Shown here: positions 1 to 7,944 of the stretch, piece by piece | Layout: every line of letters starts with the position of its first letter | Position numbering within the stretch: position 1 is the first letter of the stretch | Origin: Candidatus Jordarchaeales archaeon | GTDB taxonomy: Archaea; Asgardarchaeota; Jordiarchaeia; Jordiarchaeales; Freyrarchaeaceae | Direction: 5' to 3' | Assembly: GCA_038858525.1 (NCBI GenBank) | Contig: JAWCFL010000032.1 | Coordinates: forward strand, 1-18,436 | DNA: 18,436 nucleotides | Translations under genes and position numbers: made by a program | Notes under the pieces: model-generated | What the model saw: only the letters and a program-made list of their open reading frames with translations | What the model was told of the DNA's origin: nothing | The model's database searches: none

Positions 1-114
1 GGAAGGGCAATAATAGGAGCGGTTGACGGGACAAACGTTACTGCGATAGAAAATGAGGAGCAAAAAAGAGAGAGAAGGGAGCTCGTAAAAAGACTTGGTT
101 ACGCAATAGAGTGA
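1..114 (+). CDS. 3' end of an upstream CDS (last 37 codons, ...ELVKRLGYAIE*), product unknown
   Basis: Frame 1 is open from the window edge to TGA at 112-114. Composition resembles the other proteins here. No diagnostic motif recognised. Confidence 0.4.
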   Translation, partial: GRAIIGAVDGTNVTAIENEEQKRERRELVKRLGYAIE

Positions 115-117
115 GTG

Positions 118-337
118 AAAAAGGGGATTATGGCGCCCGGGGCGCGAGACTCAGAGGGTTAAAAGGTTAAAACCCTCTTTTGAACGCGCGCGGCGGTTGA
201 CTGCGTCCGCATGGACTCCGCCAGTGGGTTTATCTTCCCCCTTATTCGGGAAGAGATCTCGAGCCTCGGCGCCCTCTTTGGGCTCCACCGCCCTACCATT
301 GCCCAGCCGACGCCTAGGCGACCCGGGCGCCCTCACC
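118..337 (-). ncRNA. GC-rich structured RNA of unresolved class (SRP RNA or RNase P RNA considered but not confirmed)
   Basis: About 64% GC by hand count over 131-335, against AT-rich flanks. A 10-bp closing helix pairs 132-141 GGCGCCCGGG with 322-331 CCCGGGCGCC. Nested hairpins: 153-160/171-178 (AGAGGGTT/AACCCTCT), 192-196/218-222 enclosing 205-208/213-216, 233-239/248-254 (TCTTCCC/GGGAAGA) and 280-283/290-293. Minus strand is favoured: a TTAAAATA box (359-366) lies ~23 nt upstream of G336/G337, and a U5 tract (118-122) follows the closing helix. The 61-aa ORF 151..336 is Arg/Pro/Gly-rich, as expected from translating GC-rich RNA. Confidence 0.55.
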
Positions 338-358
338 TAGTTGAAAATAAGGTGGCGA

Positions 359-366
359 TATTTTAA
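359..366 (-). promoter_or_regulatory. TATA-box-like element (TTAAAATA on the minus strand) upstream of the GC-rich RNA
   Basis: The box centre is ~26 nt from the first G of the GC-rich block, the usual archaeal TATA-to-TSS spacing. It could equally serve the + strand gene starting at 431. Confidence 0.3.
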
Positions 367-430
367 TTTTATGTGCACGGAAAACTATTTCTTAGTTATT
401 ACTTGAATTATAGTGACTGTTTTCTAGGGG

Positions 431-1522
431 GTGTTTTTGTTGTCTTTGCCGAGAGGAAAGCTTGAAGAATACCTTAGCCATGTTTTCGGGAAAAATGTCG
501 AGGTAGTAGATATTAAGAGGATAGGTGGAGGAAAAGAGGACATAAAAGAAGTCGGGTACGGTGTTCCTCGCCTCATAGAGGCGAGAATAGAAGGAGAAAC
601 GAAAAAAATGGTTATGAGTTTTGTCGTTCCTGGACCATATGGTCATGAGTATATGCCAGACCGAGCACAAGTAGTTCTGTTAGCCCACCAGACATACAAC
701 AAGCTGCCGAGACATGTTCGCTCCTTCGACTGTGGAGGAGTGACGAGTAGAGGAGAAATCGTATCTGTTGGAAAGGTAGAAGAGTTCTTCGTACTTATGG
801 AGTATGCTGAGGGGGAGTTATACAAAGCAGACCTAGATAGGATCTCGGAGGAAAAAAAGCTGAAGCAGATAGATGTTGATAGAGCGCTTGCACTTTCTAA
901 CTACTTGGTAGAGATCCATAAGACCAAACGGAATGAACCATCACTCTACATTAGGAGAATAAGGGATCTGGTGGGCCATGGGGAAGGAGTTATGGGGTTA
1001 CTTGATACGTATACTCCAAATCCAGAATATGCGACAGAGGAAGATTTGATAAAAATTGAGAAGAAGTGTGTCGAGTGGAGATGGAAGCTTAAACGATATG
1101 TTCACAGGCTGAGTGTAGTTCACGGGGATTATCATCCTTGGAATGTTCTCTTTAGACAGGGAATAGACTTTACGCTTTTGGATAGGAGTAGAGGGGAGTG
1201 GGGTGAGCCTGCAGATGACATAACAGCTATGACGATAAATTACATTTTCTTCAGCGTGCTTACCTTTGGCAGTCTCGCTGAACCGTTCAAACGTCTCTTC
1301 GACCTTTTCTATGAGAATTACCTTGAAAAGACGGGGGATGAAGAGATCCTCAAAGTAGTTCCTCCATTCTATGCATGGAGAGGCTCAGTAATATCGCATC
1401 CTCAATGGTACCCGACGCTTACCCCAGAAACTCGGAGAAAACTGTTAAATTTCATAAATACTGTGCTTGAGAGCGAGGAATTTAATCCGAAAGAAGTAAA
1501 CTCATACCTTAAAGGTAGTTAA
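431..1522 (+). CDS. APH/choline-kinase-fold phosphotransferase (protein-kinase-like small-molecule kinase), substrate unknown
   Basis: Catalytic-loop motif HGDYHPWNVLF (HGDxxxxN) is followed by LLDRSRGEWGEPADD (DxS..G, Mg-binding region), and the N-terminus is Gly/Lys-rich. The start is uncertain: GTG 431 abuts the AGGGGG motif, so TTG 437 or 440 are alternatives. Confidence 0.6.
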   Translation: MFLLSLPRGKLEEYLSHVFGKNVEVVDIKRIGGGKEDIKEVGYGVPRLIEARIEGETKKMVMSFVVPGPYGHEYMPDRAQVVLLAHQTYNKLPRHVRSFDCGGVTSRGEIVSVGKVEEFFVLMEYAEGELYKADLDRISEEKKLKQIDVDRALALSNYLVEIHKTKRNEPSLYIRRIRDLVGHGEGVMGLLDTYTPNPEYATEEDLIKIEKKCVEWRWKLKRYVHRLSVVHGDYHPWNVLFRQGIDFTLLDRSRGEWGEPADDITAMTINYIFFSVLTFGSLAEPFKRLFDLFYENYLEKTGDEEILKVVPPFYAWRGSVISHPQWYPTLTPETRRKLLNFINTVLESEEFNPKEVNSYLKGS

Positions 1523-2069
1523 CCTTGCCATAAAATCGGTTCATTATATTGTTAAAAATTTTTAAAGCGCATTCTTTAGGGGAAAGCTTGTCGGACTCAA
1601 CTATAACGTCAGGGTTTTCAGGCTCCTCAAAGGGGACACCTAAACCTGGAACAGTTCGGCTTTCCCCCGACAAACCTTTTTCGTATATCTTTCTTGGTGC
1701 GCCATAAGTTTCTTTTCTCGTTGCCTCACGCCTCATGCAAACTTCTAATGGGCACTTGACGTAGACAAATAGAATATTTTCAATTTCTTTTCTTCCTTTT
1801 TCCCTGTAAGCCTTCCTGTTAGCAGTAGCATCAATTATGACGTTAATTCCGTTATCGTTAAGAAGACGGGCAATGAAAACCAGAACGCCATAAACAATCT
1901 CCCGCTCCTCCTCCGAGTATGTCGGATTAGGAGTTACGACTTTCCTGAGAAGGTCAGTTGAAAGAATCTGAGATTTAATATCACGCTCTGCCAGTAAACC
2001 TTGCAGCTCGCGAGCAATGGTGCTCTTTCCAGAGCCTGGCAGGCCGAAGAGCCAAACTGTCCAAGCCAA
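1509..2069 (-). CDS. APS-kinase-like P-loop kinase (CysC/COG0529-like)
   Basis: Walker A GLPGSGKST near the N-terminus, an IIDATANR core, and a C-terminal VPFEEPENPDVIV resembling the YE.PE.PE motif of adenylylsulfate kinases. TTG start preceded by GGAGGATTAGC. The 3' end overlaps the convergent gene by 14 bp. Confidence 0.55.
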   Translation of the reverse strand: MAWTVWLFGLPGSGKSTIARELQGLLAERDIKSQILSTDLLRKVVTPNPTYSEEEREIVYGVLVFIARLLNDNGINVIIDATANRKAYREKGRKEIENILFVYVKCPLEVCMRREATRKETYGAPRKIYEKGLSGESRTVPGLGVPFEEPENPDVIVESDKLSPKECALKIFNNIMNRFYGKVNYL

Positions 2070-2102
2070 AGCTAATCCTCCTTTTCAAACATAGGTTAAA
2101 CC

Positions 2103-2112
2103 TTTAAAAATA
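2103..2112. promoter_or_regulatory. Shared TATA-like element (TTTAAAAATA) in the divergent spacer between the P-loop kinase and prs
   Basis: It lies ~30 nt from the TTG start at 2069 and ~48 nt from the ATG at 2160. It overlaps the ATG at 2112, which argues against that upstream start for prs. Confidence 0.35.
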
Positions 2113-2159
2113 TGTCGCTTCATAAAAGAAAATGCGTCTACTTTAAAGAGGGAAAAAGA

Positions 2160-3053
2160 ATGAGGTTAGCAATAGTAGGGGGTTCTTTATCACAAGTCCT
2201 AGCACTTAAAGTTGCTAAAATGCTTCGAGCGCCGTTTATAGACTGCGAATATAAAAAGTTCCCCGATGGAGAAAAATACGTCCGAATAGATGGTGAAGTT
2301 GAGGGATATGAAGTTGCAGTAATACATTCAATGCACCACACTCCTGATGAATGTCTCGTGGAATATTTTCTCCTAGTAGACACCCTAAAGGATCTAGGAG
2401 CCAAGAAGGTAACTGGCGTAATCCCTTATTTTCCCTATGCAAGACAGGATGAGCGCTTCAATCAAGGTGAGGCATTGAGCCTCAAAACAGTAGCAAGCCT
2501 TATCGAAAAAGCGGGAACAGACAAAGTCATAACAATTGACATGCATTTACACCGAATAGAAAGCATAAATAAGATATTCAAAATACCGGCTGAAAACATC
2601 ACGGCAATACCTTTAATCGCGCAATACATTAAGGAAAACTTCAAAATCGACAAGCCACTTATAATAGGACCTGACGAAGAGGCGGAGCAATGGGCAAAAA
2701 CAATGGCAGCAATACTTGACGCGGACTACGATATCCTAGAAAAAAAGAGGATAAGCTCAACGGAAGTAGAAGTAACCCCGCGGCAACTCCAGCCGCAAAA
2801 CAGGAACGTAATCATAATAGACGATATAATTTCCACAGGAGGGACGCTCGCAAAAACTATTCAGCTACTTAAAAGTAAAGGCGCGAAAACAATAATTGCT
2901 GCATGTACACACCCAATATTAGTTGATAATGCACTCAAGAAAATATACAAAGCCGGAGCGGAAACAGTAATAGCTACAGATACTGTTCCTAGCCCAGTAA
3001 GCCAAGTTACAGTAGCTCCTCTCATAGCACAAACACTTAGTAGTAAAAGTTAA
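2160..3053 (+). CDS. prs: Ribose-phosphate pyrophosphokinase (PRPP synthetase)
   Basis: MRLAIVGG N-terminus, FPDGE, YFPYARQDERF and the PRPP-binding loop IIIDDIISTGGTL. I prefer ATG 2160 (GAGGG 7 nt upstream) over the track start 2112, giving 297 aa, typical for archaeal Prs. Confidence 0.9.
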   Translation: MRLAIVGGSLSQVLALKVAKMLRAPFIDCEYKKFPDGEKYVRIDGEVEGYEVAVIHSMHHTPDECLVEYFLLVDTLKDLGAKKVTGVIPYFPYARQDERFNQGEALSLKTVASLIEKAGTDKVITIDMHLHRIESINKIFKIPAENITAIPLIAQYIKENFKIDKPLIIGPDEEAEQWAKTMAAILDADYDILEKKRISSTEVEVTPRQLQPQNRNVIIIDDIISTGGTLAKTIQLLKSKGAKTIIAACTHPILVDNALKKIYKAGAETVIATDTVPSPVSQVTVAPLIAQTLSSKS

Positions 3054-3345
3054 AAAAGCTAAAAAGGGGTCACTAAAAAGAAATTAATACAAAGCGGAAT
3101 ATAATTTACTTTCCGTAAAACGGCAACACTACCAGAAATCTAAAAACATTTAATTAAAAAATAAGCAAAAATCTAAATGAAAAGTCATAAATTAATTGTT
3201 CTCAAAAAGCTTCATTCTTTATTTACATTATTCTCGCCGTTTTTATCCAAATATTAAATAAATTTCAAGAGCCAAAATTTAACAAGAGCTTAAGTTTAGC
3301 ATTCAAAAAGAAAAATTCTTTAAAAAAGACATTATTTGGTAATAA

Positions 3346-6021
3346 TTAACCTGTTGCTATACGCTTAGTGCGTCGTTCTATATAGTCGTCAATAATGGCA
3401 TCGATGTTAACGGCTTTTCCATTCCAACTCTTAGTTGGATCAGTTAGGTCTTCGCCATATTTGAACTGTATAATGCTTCCTGTTGAGTCTCTTACGGTAC
3501 CATCGTACTCTACTTTCACGTCTTGGAGGGCGTTGATTAGTCTGCGTTGTAAATATCCTGACTGTGATGTTTTGACTGCTGTGTCAACCAAACCTTCTCT
3601 TCCACCCATTGCATGGAAGAAAAATTCTATCGGGTCTAGTCCCTTTCTGTAATGCGCTGCTACAAATCCTCTTGACTTAGCGCTTAGGTCTCCTTTTTTA
3701 AAGTGTGGAAGAGTTCTCCCTTTATACCCTCTATGTATCCGTTGCCCTCTAACTGATTGTTGCCCTACGCATGCGGCCATCATTGCTAGGTTGAGAAGGG
3801 TGCCACGTGCTCCTGTTACTGCCATTATTACGGCGTGATTGTCTGGACCTAAATATTCACTGGCCACTTCGCCAGCCTTGTCTCTGACGTTGTTGAGTTC
3901 CTGCATTATTAGCATTTCAAGGCTTTCCTCTATCGTGCGCCCGGGTAGAGCCTCAAGTTCTCCTCTTCTATAGGTCTCTATTAATTCGTTAACTTTTTTC
4001 TCTCCTTCTTTTAATATTTCATTTATGCGCTGAACAGCCTCTTCGGGTATTTCTATGTCGTCTAAACCGAGGGTAAATCCCTTTTTAGTTATAAATCTGA
4101 TCAGCATACGTGTTACTGAGTCGATGAATTTCCTTGCCGCATCAGAGCCGAACTCCTTTGCTATTTTGTGGAGAAGGCTTTCAGGTACTCCTGCTCCGAA
4201 GGCGTTTTTGTCTATTACGCCTTTTTGAAGGACGCCGTCTACGACAACTACGTATGCGTCATGTGGACAATTCTCTTTAAGGCATACATCGCAATGTTTA
4301 CATGCCTTTGACTTGAAACGCGCGTTAAGCCCTTTAGGTAGGGTGAGGCTGAAGATCTGCTTCCCTGTCCAGAGGGGGGTTGGCTCTGTTATTGCTGGTG
4401 GAGGAAGTTCTGTTACACCGGCTGCGAGAGCCAGCTCACAGGCATCCTCCTTTTTGAGTAAAGTTTGCTCTTTAGTTAAAAGATAAGCAGCAGAAATGAA
4501 GTCTTGGATCCCGCCTATGATTGGCCCTCCATACCGTGGACTTAGAATATGTTCTTGGACTCTCATCAGTATGTAAGCTTCAACTCTGGCTTCCTCAGAC
4601 TGAGGCACATGGAGATTCATTTCATCTCCGTCAAAGTCAGCATTGTAGGGAGGGCAAACGCATAGGTTTAGTCTGAATGTTTTATATGGCATGACCCTGA
4701 CTTCATGAGCCATAATGCTCATTCTGTGGAGGGACGGTTGCCTGTTGAAGAGTACGATGTCTCCGTCATTGAGGTGACGTTCAACTATGCAGCCGGGGGT
4801 GAGGTCTTCAGCAACCTTGCTCCTGTTTTTGACGAATCTTAAATCGATGCGCCTACCGTCATTTCGGATAACGTAATTTGCTCCTGGATGTTCATCTGGG
4901 TCTCTCATAACTAGTTCTTTCATTTCTTCAATGTTAAGTTCAGTTACTCTTTCGGGTATAGTTAGGATTTTCGCTACTTCGATGGGGACACCTACCTCGT
5001 TTATTCCGATGTTCGGATCAGGGGATATTACTGTTCTAGCCGAGAAATCGACGCGTTTGCCTGAGAGGTTGCTTCTGAAGCGTCCTTCTTTGCCTTTCAA
5101 CCTCTGGGAAAGTGTTCTTAAAGCTCTGCCTGAACGGTGACGAGCGGGAGGTATGCCGGAGATTTCGTTATCAAAGTATGTAGTTACGTGATATTGAAGT
5201 AGCTCCCATAAGTCTTCGACGATAAGCTGGGGAGCGCCTGCTTCGATGTTTTCTCTTAAACGCTGATTTATTCGTATTATGTCGACGAGTTTATGTGTTA
5301 GATCATCTTCTGACCTAACACCGGACTCAAGTGTTATGCTTGGTCTAACACATACGGGGGGAACGGGAAGGACTGTAAGAACCATCCATTCAGGACGAGC
5401 ATACTTGGGATTTATACCGAGGAGCTTGCAATCTGTATCGGGTATGCGTTCACATCTTTCTCGTACATCGATTGGTGTAAGCCTTATAGAGCCAACTTCT
5501 GTTTCTTCGTAAAATGCGGTTGGTTTCTCTAGTCTTACCTTGCGTTGAGTTTCACCACAGTGAGGACAGGTTACAGTTCTGGACGCGCGGCGAAAAACTT
5601 CTTCAGCAACTTCGTCGCTTAGTTCGCCTGTTTCTGCTTCATGCTTCTCCATCTCTGCTAAGAAGAATTTTATTTCATCTTCTGGAAGTAGAAGTCTGTA
5701 GCAACGCCAACATGTAGCTCTTAAAACTTTATGAAGAATTTTAACAAAACCAACATGGATTACTGGACGGACGAGTTCAATGTGCCCGAAGTGTCCTATA
5801 CATTCACCTACAGGATTACCGCATAGTTTACAGCGACGTCCTGGCTCTACTGTTCCTAAGCGTTCATCCATCAGTCCTGTTTCTATTGGGGTACCGTCTT
5901 CATCATACGTATCTGGCGTGATTATTCGGGTGGCTGACATACGTCTTATTTCGTCTGGGGAAAGAACACTAAATCTTATTGAGTGAATCCTCTTGGTGAA
6001 CCTGAAAGTCACGCTACACAC
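3346..6021 (-). CDS. rpoA1: DNA-directed RNA polymerase subunit A' (N-terminal part of the split largest subunit)
   Basis: N-terminal zinc motif CKLCGNPVGECIGHFGHIEL, catalytic YNADFDGDEMNLH Mg loop, and a ~890-aa length typical of archaeal A'. The start is GTG 6021 or, more likely, GTG 6012 (GAGGTG 6 nt upstream). Confidence 0.95.
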   Translation of the reverse strand: MCSVTFRFTKRIHSIRFSVLSPDEIRRMSATRIITPDTYDEDGTPIETGLMDERLGTVEPGRRCKLCGNPVGECIGHFGHIELVRPVIHVGFVKILHKVLRATCWRCYRLLLPEDEIKFFLAEMEKHEAETGELSDEVAEEVFRRASRTVTCPHCGETQRKVRLEKPTAFYEETEVGSIRLTPIDVRERCERIPDTDCKLLGINPKYARPEWMVLTVLPVPPVCVRPSITLESGVRSEDDLTHKLVDIIRINQRLRENIEAGAPQLIVEDLWELLQYHVTTYFDNEISGIPPARHRSGRALRTLSQRLKGKEGRFRSNLSGKRVDFSARTVISPDPNIGINEVGVPIEVAKILTIPERVTELNIEEMKELVMRDPDEHPGANYVIRNDGRRIDLRFVKNRSKVAEDLTPGCIVERHLNDGDIVLFNRQPSLHRMSIMAHEVRVMPYKTFRLNLCVCPPYNADFDGDEMNLHVPQSEEARVEAYILMRVQEHILSPRYGGPIIGGIQDFISAAYLLTKEQTLLKKEDACELALAAGVTELPPPAITEPTPLWTGKQIFSLTLPKGLNARFKSKACKHCDVCLKENCPHDAYVVVVDGVLQKGVIDKNAFGAGVPESLLHKIAKEFGSDAARKFIDSVTRMLIRFITKKGFTLGLDDIEIPEEAVQRINEILKEGEKKVNELIETYRRGELEALPGRTIEESLEMLIMQELNNVRDKAGEVASEYLGPDNHAVIMAVTGARGTLLNLAMMAACVGQQSVRGQRIHRGYKGRTLPHFKKGDLSAKSRGFVAAHYRKGLDPIEFFFHAMGGREGLVDTAVKTSQSGYLQRRLINALQDVKVEYDGTVRDSTGSIIQFKYGEDLTDPTKSWNGKAVNIDAIIDDYIERRTKRIATG

Positions 6022-6068
6022 CTCAAAATTAAATGATAAAAGAGTCTTTATTACTAATTAAGGGGTGG

Positions 6069-6078
6069 AATTTAAATT
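6069..6078 (-). promoter_or_regulatory. TATA-like palindrome AATTTAAATT between the hisG stop and the rpoA1 start
   Basis: It lies 48-57 nt upstream of the candidate GTG starts, which suggests rpoA1 has its own promoter. Confidence 0.3.
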
Positions 6079-6092
6079 TTTCTTAGTGTCAG

Positions 6093-7067
6093 TCAGAGTT
6101 TATTTTGTATTTTTTCAAGGGCAAGAACTTGCCTTGGCTCGTAAACCACTAACCCTTGTGCTAGCTGTCTGAGGTGGGGTACTATTCTTAAAAACTCGTC
6201 TTTATGAATTACCGTATTGATGGCGTACCAACCTTCTTCTCCTGCAAGGGGAGATATTGTCGGCCTCTTAAGAGCGGGCAGTATTTTCAATATTGCTTGT
6301 AAGTTTTCCTCTTTTACGTTCATAAATATGTGAAGGCGATCCCTAGCGTCGACTGCTCCTTCGAGGAGAGTCATTACATCCTTTATTTTCTCCCGTTTCC
6401 AAGGGTGATTTAAGGCGTCCCTGTTAGATATGAGAACCGCTTGAGACTCGCATATCTCCTCGATTATTTTCAAGTTGTTAGAGAGGATGGTAGTTCCGGT
6501 TTCCGTGTTGTCTATTATTGCTTCAGCGTCTTCAGGTGGCTTGGCTTCTGTAGCTCCGAATGAGAGGAGTATTTTCACGTTGGGATTTTCTCCGTATCTA
6601 TACCAAGGTGTTATGACTTCAGGGGTTAATGAGCCAAAGCGAGTTCTATACTCGGAGTTCGCCATTATGCGGCGGAGTGAGAGATTTATGTATTCTGTCG
6701 CTATACGTATGGGTTTCCCTGCATTAGAAAAGAAACGTATCAAGTCTGAAAGAGAATTAATCTCAGTCCAGTAATTTGGCACAGCAAGGACAATTCTAAC
6801 TTTACCGTAAGCTAAACTCGATAAAGTTACGACGTCGGCCGAGGTTTCTTCTACCCAGTCCGCTCCTGTTATCCCTAAATCATGTGCTCCCGACTCGACG
6901 AGATTTGGTATTTCTTGTGGTCTGAGAACCTTCAAGTTTATCTCAGGGTCATTTATCCATGGCCTATAGGATCTTTCACTTCCTTTTACTTCATACCCTG
7001 CCTGCCTTAGTAAATTTAATGTTGCTTCTTGAAGAGAACCTTTAGGGATAACAAAGTTCAGCTTCAA
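6093..7067 (-). CDS. hisG: ATP phosphoribosyltransferase, long form with C-terminal regulatory domain
   Basis: N-terminal IPKGSL...LLRQAG and RPQEIP...DLGITGADW. The C-terminus LPALKRPTISPLAGEEGWYAINTVI matches the HisG regulatory domain (compare E. coli LPGAERPTILPLAG). Confidence 0.85.
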   Translation of the reverse strand: MKLNFVIPKGSLQEATLNLLRQAGYEVKGSERSYRPWINDPEINLKVLRPQEIPNLVESGAHDLGITGADWVEETSADVVTLSSLAYGKVRIVLAVPNYWTEINSLSDLIRFFSNAGKPIRIATEYINLSLRRIMANSEYRTRFGSLTPEVITPWYRYGENPNVKILLSFGATEAKPPEDAEAIIDNTETGTTILSNNLKIIEEICESQAVLISNRDALNHPWKREKIKDVMTLLEGAVDARDRLHIFMNVKEENLQAILKILPALKRPTISPLAGEEGWYAINTVIHKDEFLRIVPHLRQLAQGLVVYEPRQVLALEKIQNKL

Positions 7068-7083
7068 TTAAGCCCACCATTTT

Positions 7084-7117
7084 TAATTATGATTTGTTAC
7101 TAATTGTGATTTGTTAC
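7084..7117. repeat. Tandem 17-bp direct repeat (TAATTATGATTTGTTAC / TAATTGTGATTTGTTAC, 16/17 identical)
   Basis: Read directly from the sequence. It lies in the divergent hisG / Roadblock-like spacer, 17-50 bp upstream of the hisG start. Confidence 0.8.
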
Positions 7118-7147
7118 AAGTTCCTCTCGGAGAGAAGAGAGACAACT

Positions 7148-7157
7148 AAATTTAAAT
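7148..7157 (+). promoter_or_regulatory. TATA-like element AAATTTAAAT upstream of the Roadblock-like gene
   Basis: About 52 nt upstream of ATG 7209, with a GAAGGG SD-like motif in between. Confidence 0.3.
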
Positions 7158-7208
7158 GTTTGGGAATGAAGGAGTATAATGTTAAAGAAATTGAAGGGTT
7201 GATGATTA

Positions 7209-7628
7209 ATGTCTAAAGATAAGCTCTTGGCTTTAACTCAGATCTTGGAGAACATGAATAAAAAGGGAGGATTTTCGGCTAGTGTTATTTCGGGAGAGGA
7301 TGGATTGGTTGTAGCGGAAGCAAGCAGTTCTGGGAACAAACAAGTTATTGCAGCGATGGCTAGTCTAGCTCATTCGACTGCTATGAGAGTTAAAGACCAA
7401 ATAGGGCTTGGGGACTTAGAGCAGGTAACCATAGAGACAAGTGACGGGATCATAGTTTTTAAGAGTGTAGAAATCCCTAAGAGAAAATTTATACTAGCAG
7501 CCATATTACCCATCTCAGCCAAACGGAGATTTGCCGATGCAGCATCTGTTCTCCTATTTAAGGACAGAAGATATGAGCGAATAGTGGATGATGCAGTGGA
7601 GGAAGTAAAAGAAATATTCAAGGAATGA
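7209..7628 (+). CDS. Roadblock/LC7 (MglB-like) domain protein with a ~40-aa C-terminal extension
   Basis: The pattern GGFSASVISGEDGLVVAE...AAMASLAHSTAMRV...IGLGDLEQVTIETSDGIIVF...FILAAIL follows the Robl/LC7-MglB layout (G..gA.l...DGl.iA ... aAm.a ... lg.g .. v.ie...g). A profilin fold is not excluded by eye. Confidence 0.55.
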   Translation: MSKDKLLALTQILENMNKKGGFSASVISGEDGLVVAEASSSGNKQVIAAMASLAHSTAMRVKDQIGLGDLEQVTIETSDGIIVFKSVEIPKRKFILAAILPISAKRRFADAASVLLFKDRRYERIVDDAVEEVKEIFKE

Positions 7629-7944
7629 ATCTATTTTCATTTTTTGGAATAAAGGCCTTAATCGAGTATCAACTTCAAATATTTTTAAGTTTAGCTGAAT
7701 CAATGAAATTAAGAGGGACGTCATAGTCTTGAGGGCTGCTTTTAGTTTGCCGATAAACTTGTTTCATTGTTTCTGGTATTTGTTAGTGAATAAGGGAGGG
7801 TATCATTTTCATTTAGTTCGATGCTGAAGGCGTGATTTACTTAATTGTTTAAACTTTAGACATAAGCGAAATAGAATTCCTCCTTAAATGTTAGGAGACA
7901 TTTATTTAGTGGTAGCGGTAATTAATGAGAGAAAAGTTAGGAAG

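Noticed and set aside
151-336. 61-aa minus-strand ORF (MRAPGSPRRRLGNGRAV...) as a protein-coding gene
   Set aside because: It lies entirely within the GC-rich, helix-rich block. Its Arg/Pro/Gly-rich composition is what random translation of GC-rich RNA gives, and it has no SD motif. A structured RNA explains the region better.
118-337. Firm assignment of the GC-rich RNA as SRP RNA, RNase P RNA, an H/ACA sRNA or a tRNA
   Set aside because: It is too short for standard archaeal SRP or RNase P RNA. I could not find the GGAA-tetraloop helix 8, UGUAA, GAGGAAAGUCC or ACAGAA motifs. No ACA box occurs on either strand, and there is no cloverleaf. The class is left open pending a covariance-model scan.
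2112-2159. The upstream ATG at 2112 as the prs start (MSLHKRKCVYFKEGKR extension)
   Set aside because: That ATG overlaps the TTTAAAAATA TATA-like box. The extension is not Prs-like, and ATG 2160 has a GAGGG SD and gives the canonical MRLAIVGG N-terminus.
3054-3345. Replication origin (AT-rich DUE with ORB elements)
   Set aside because: I found no repeated ORB or mini-ORB-like inverted elements, and no orc1/cdc6 gene is adjacent. AT-richness alone is insufficient.
3395-5986. Five + strand ORFs of 67-85 aa inside rpoA1 (3395..3652, 4931..5140, 5279..5512, 5514..5717, 5780..5986)
   Set aside because: All are antisense to a strongly supported 891-aa RpoA' reading frame. Their products are Ser/Leu/Arg-rich and low-complexity, with no motifs.
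7720-7730. 11-nt exact repeat GTCATAGTCTT shared with 15690-15700
   Set aside because: Matches of this length are expected by chance many times in an 18-kb AT-biased window. The flanks do not extend the similarity and the contexts differ.
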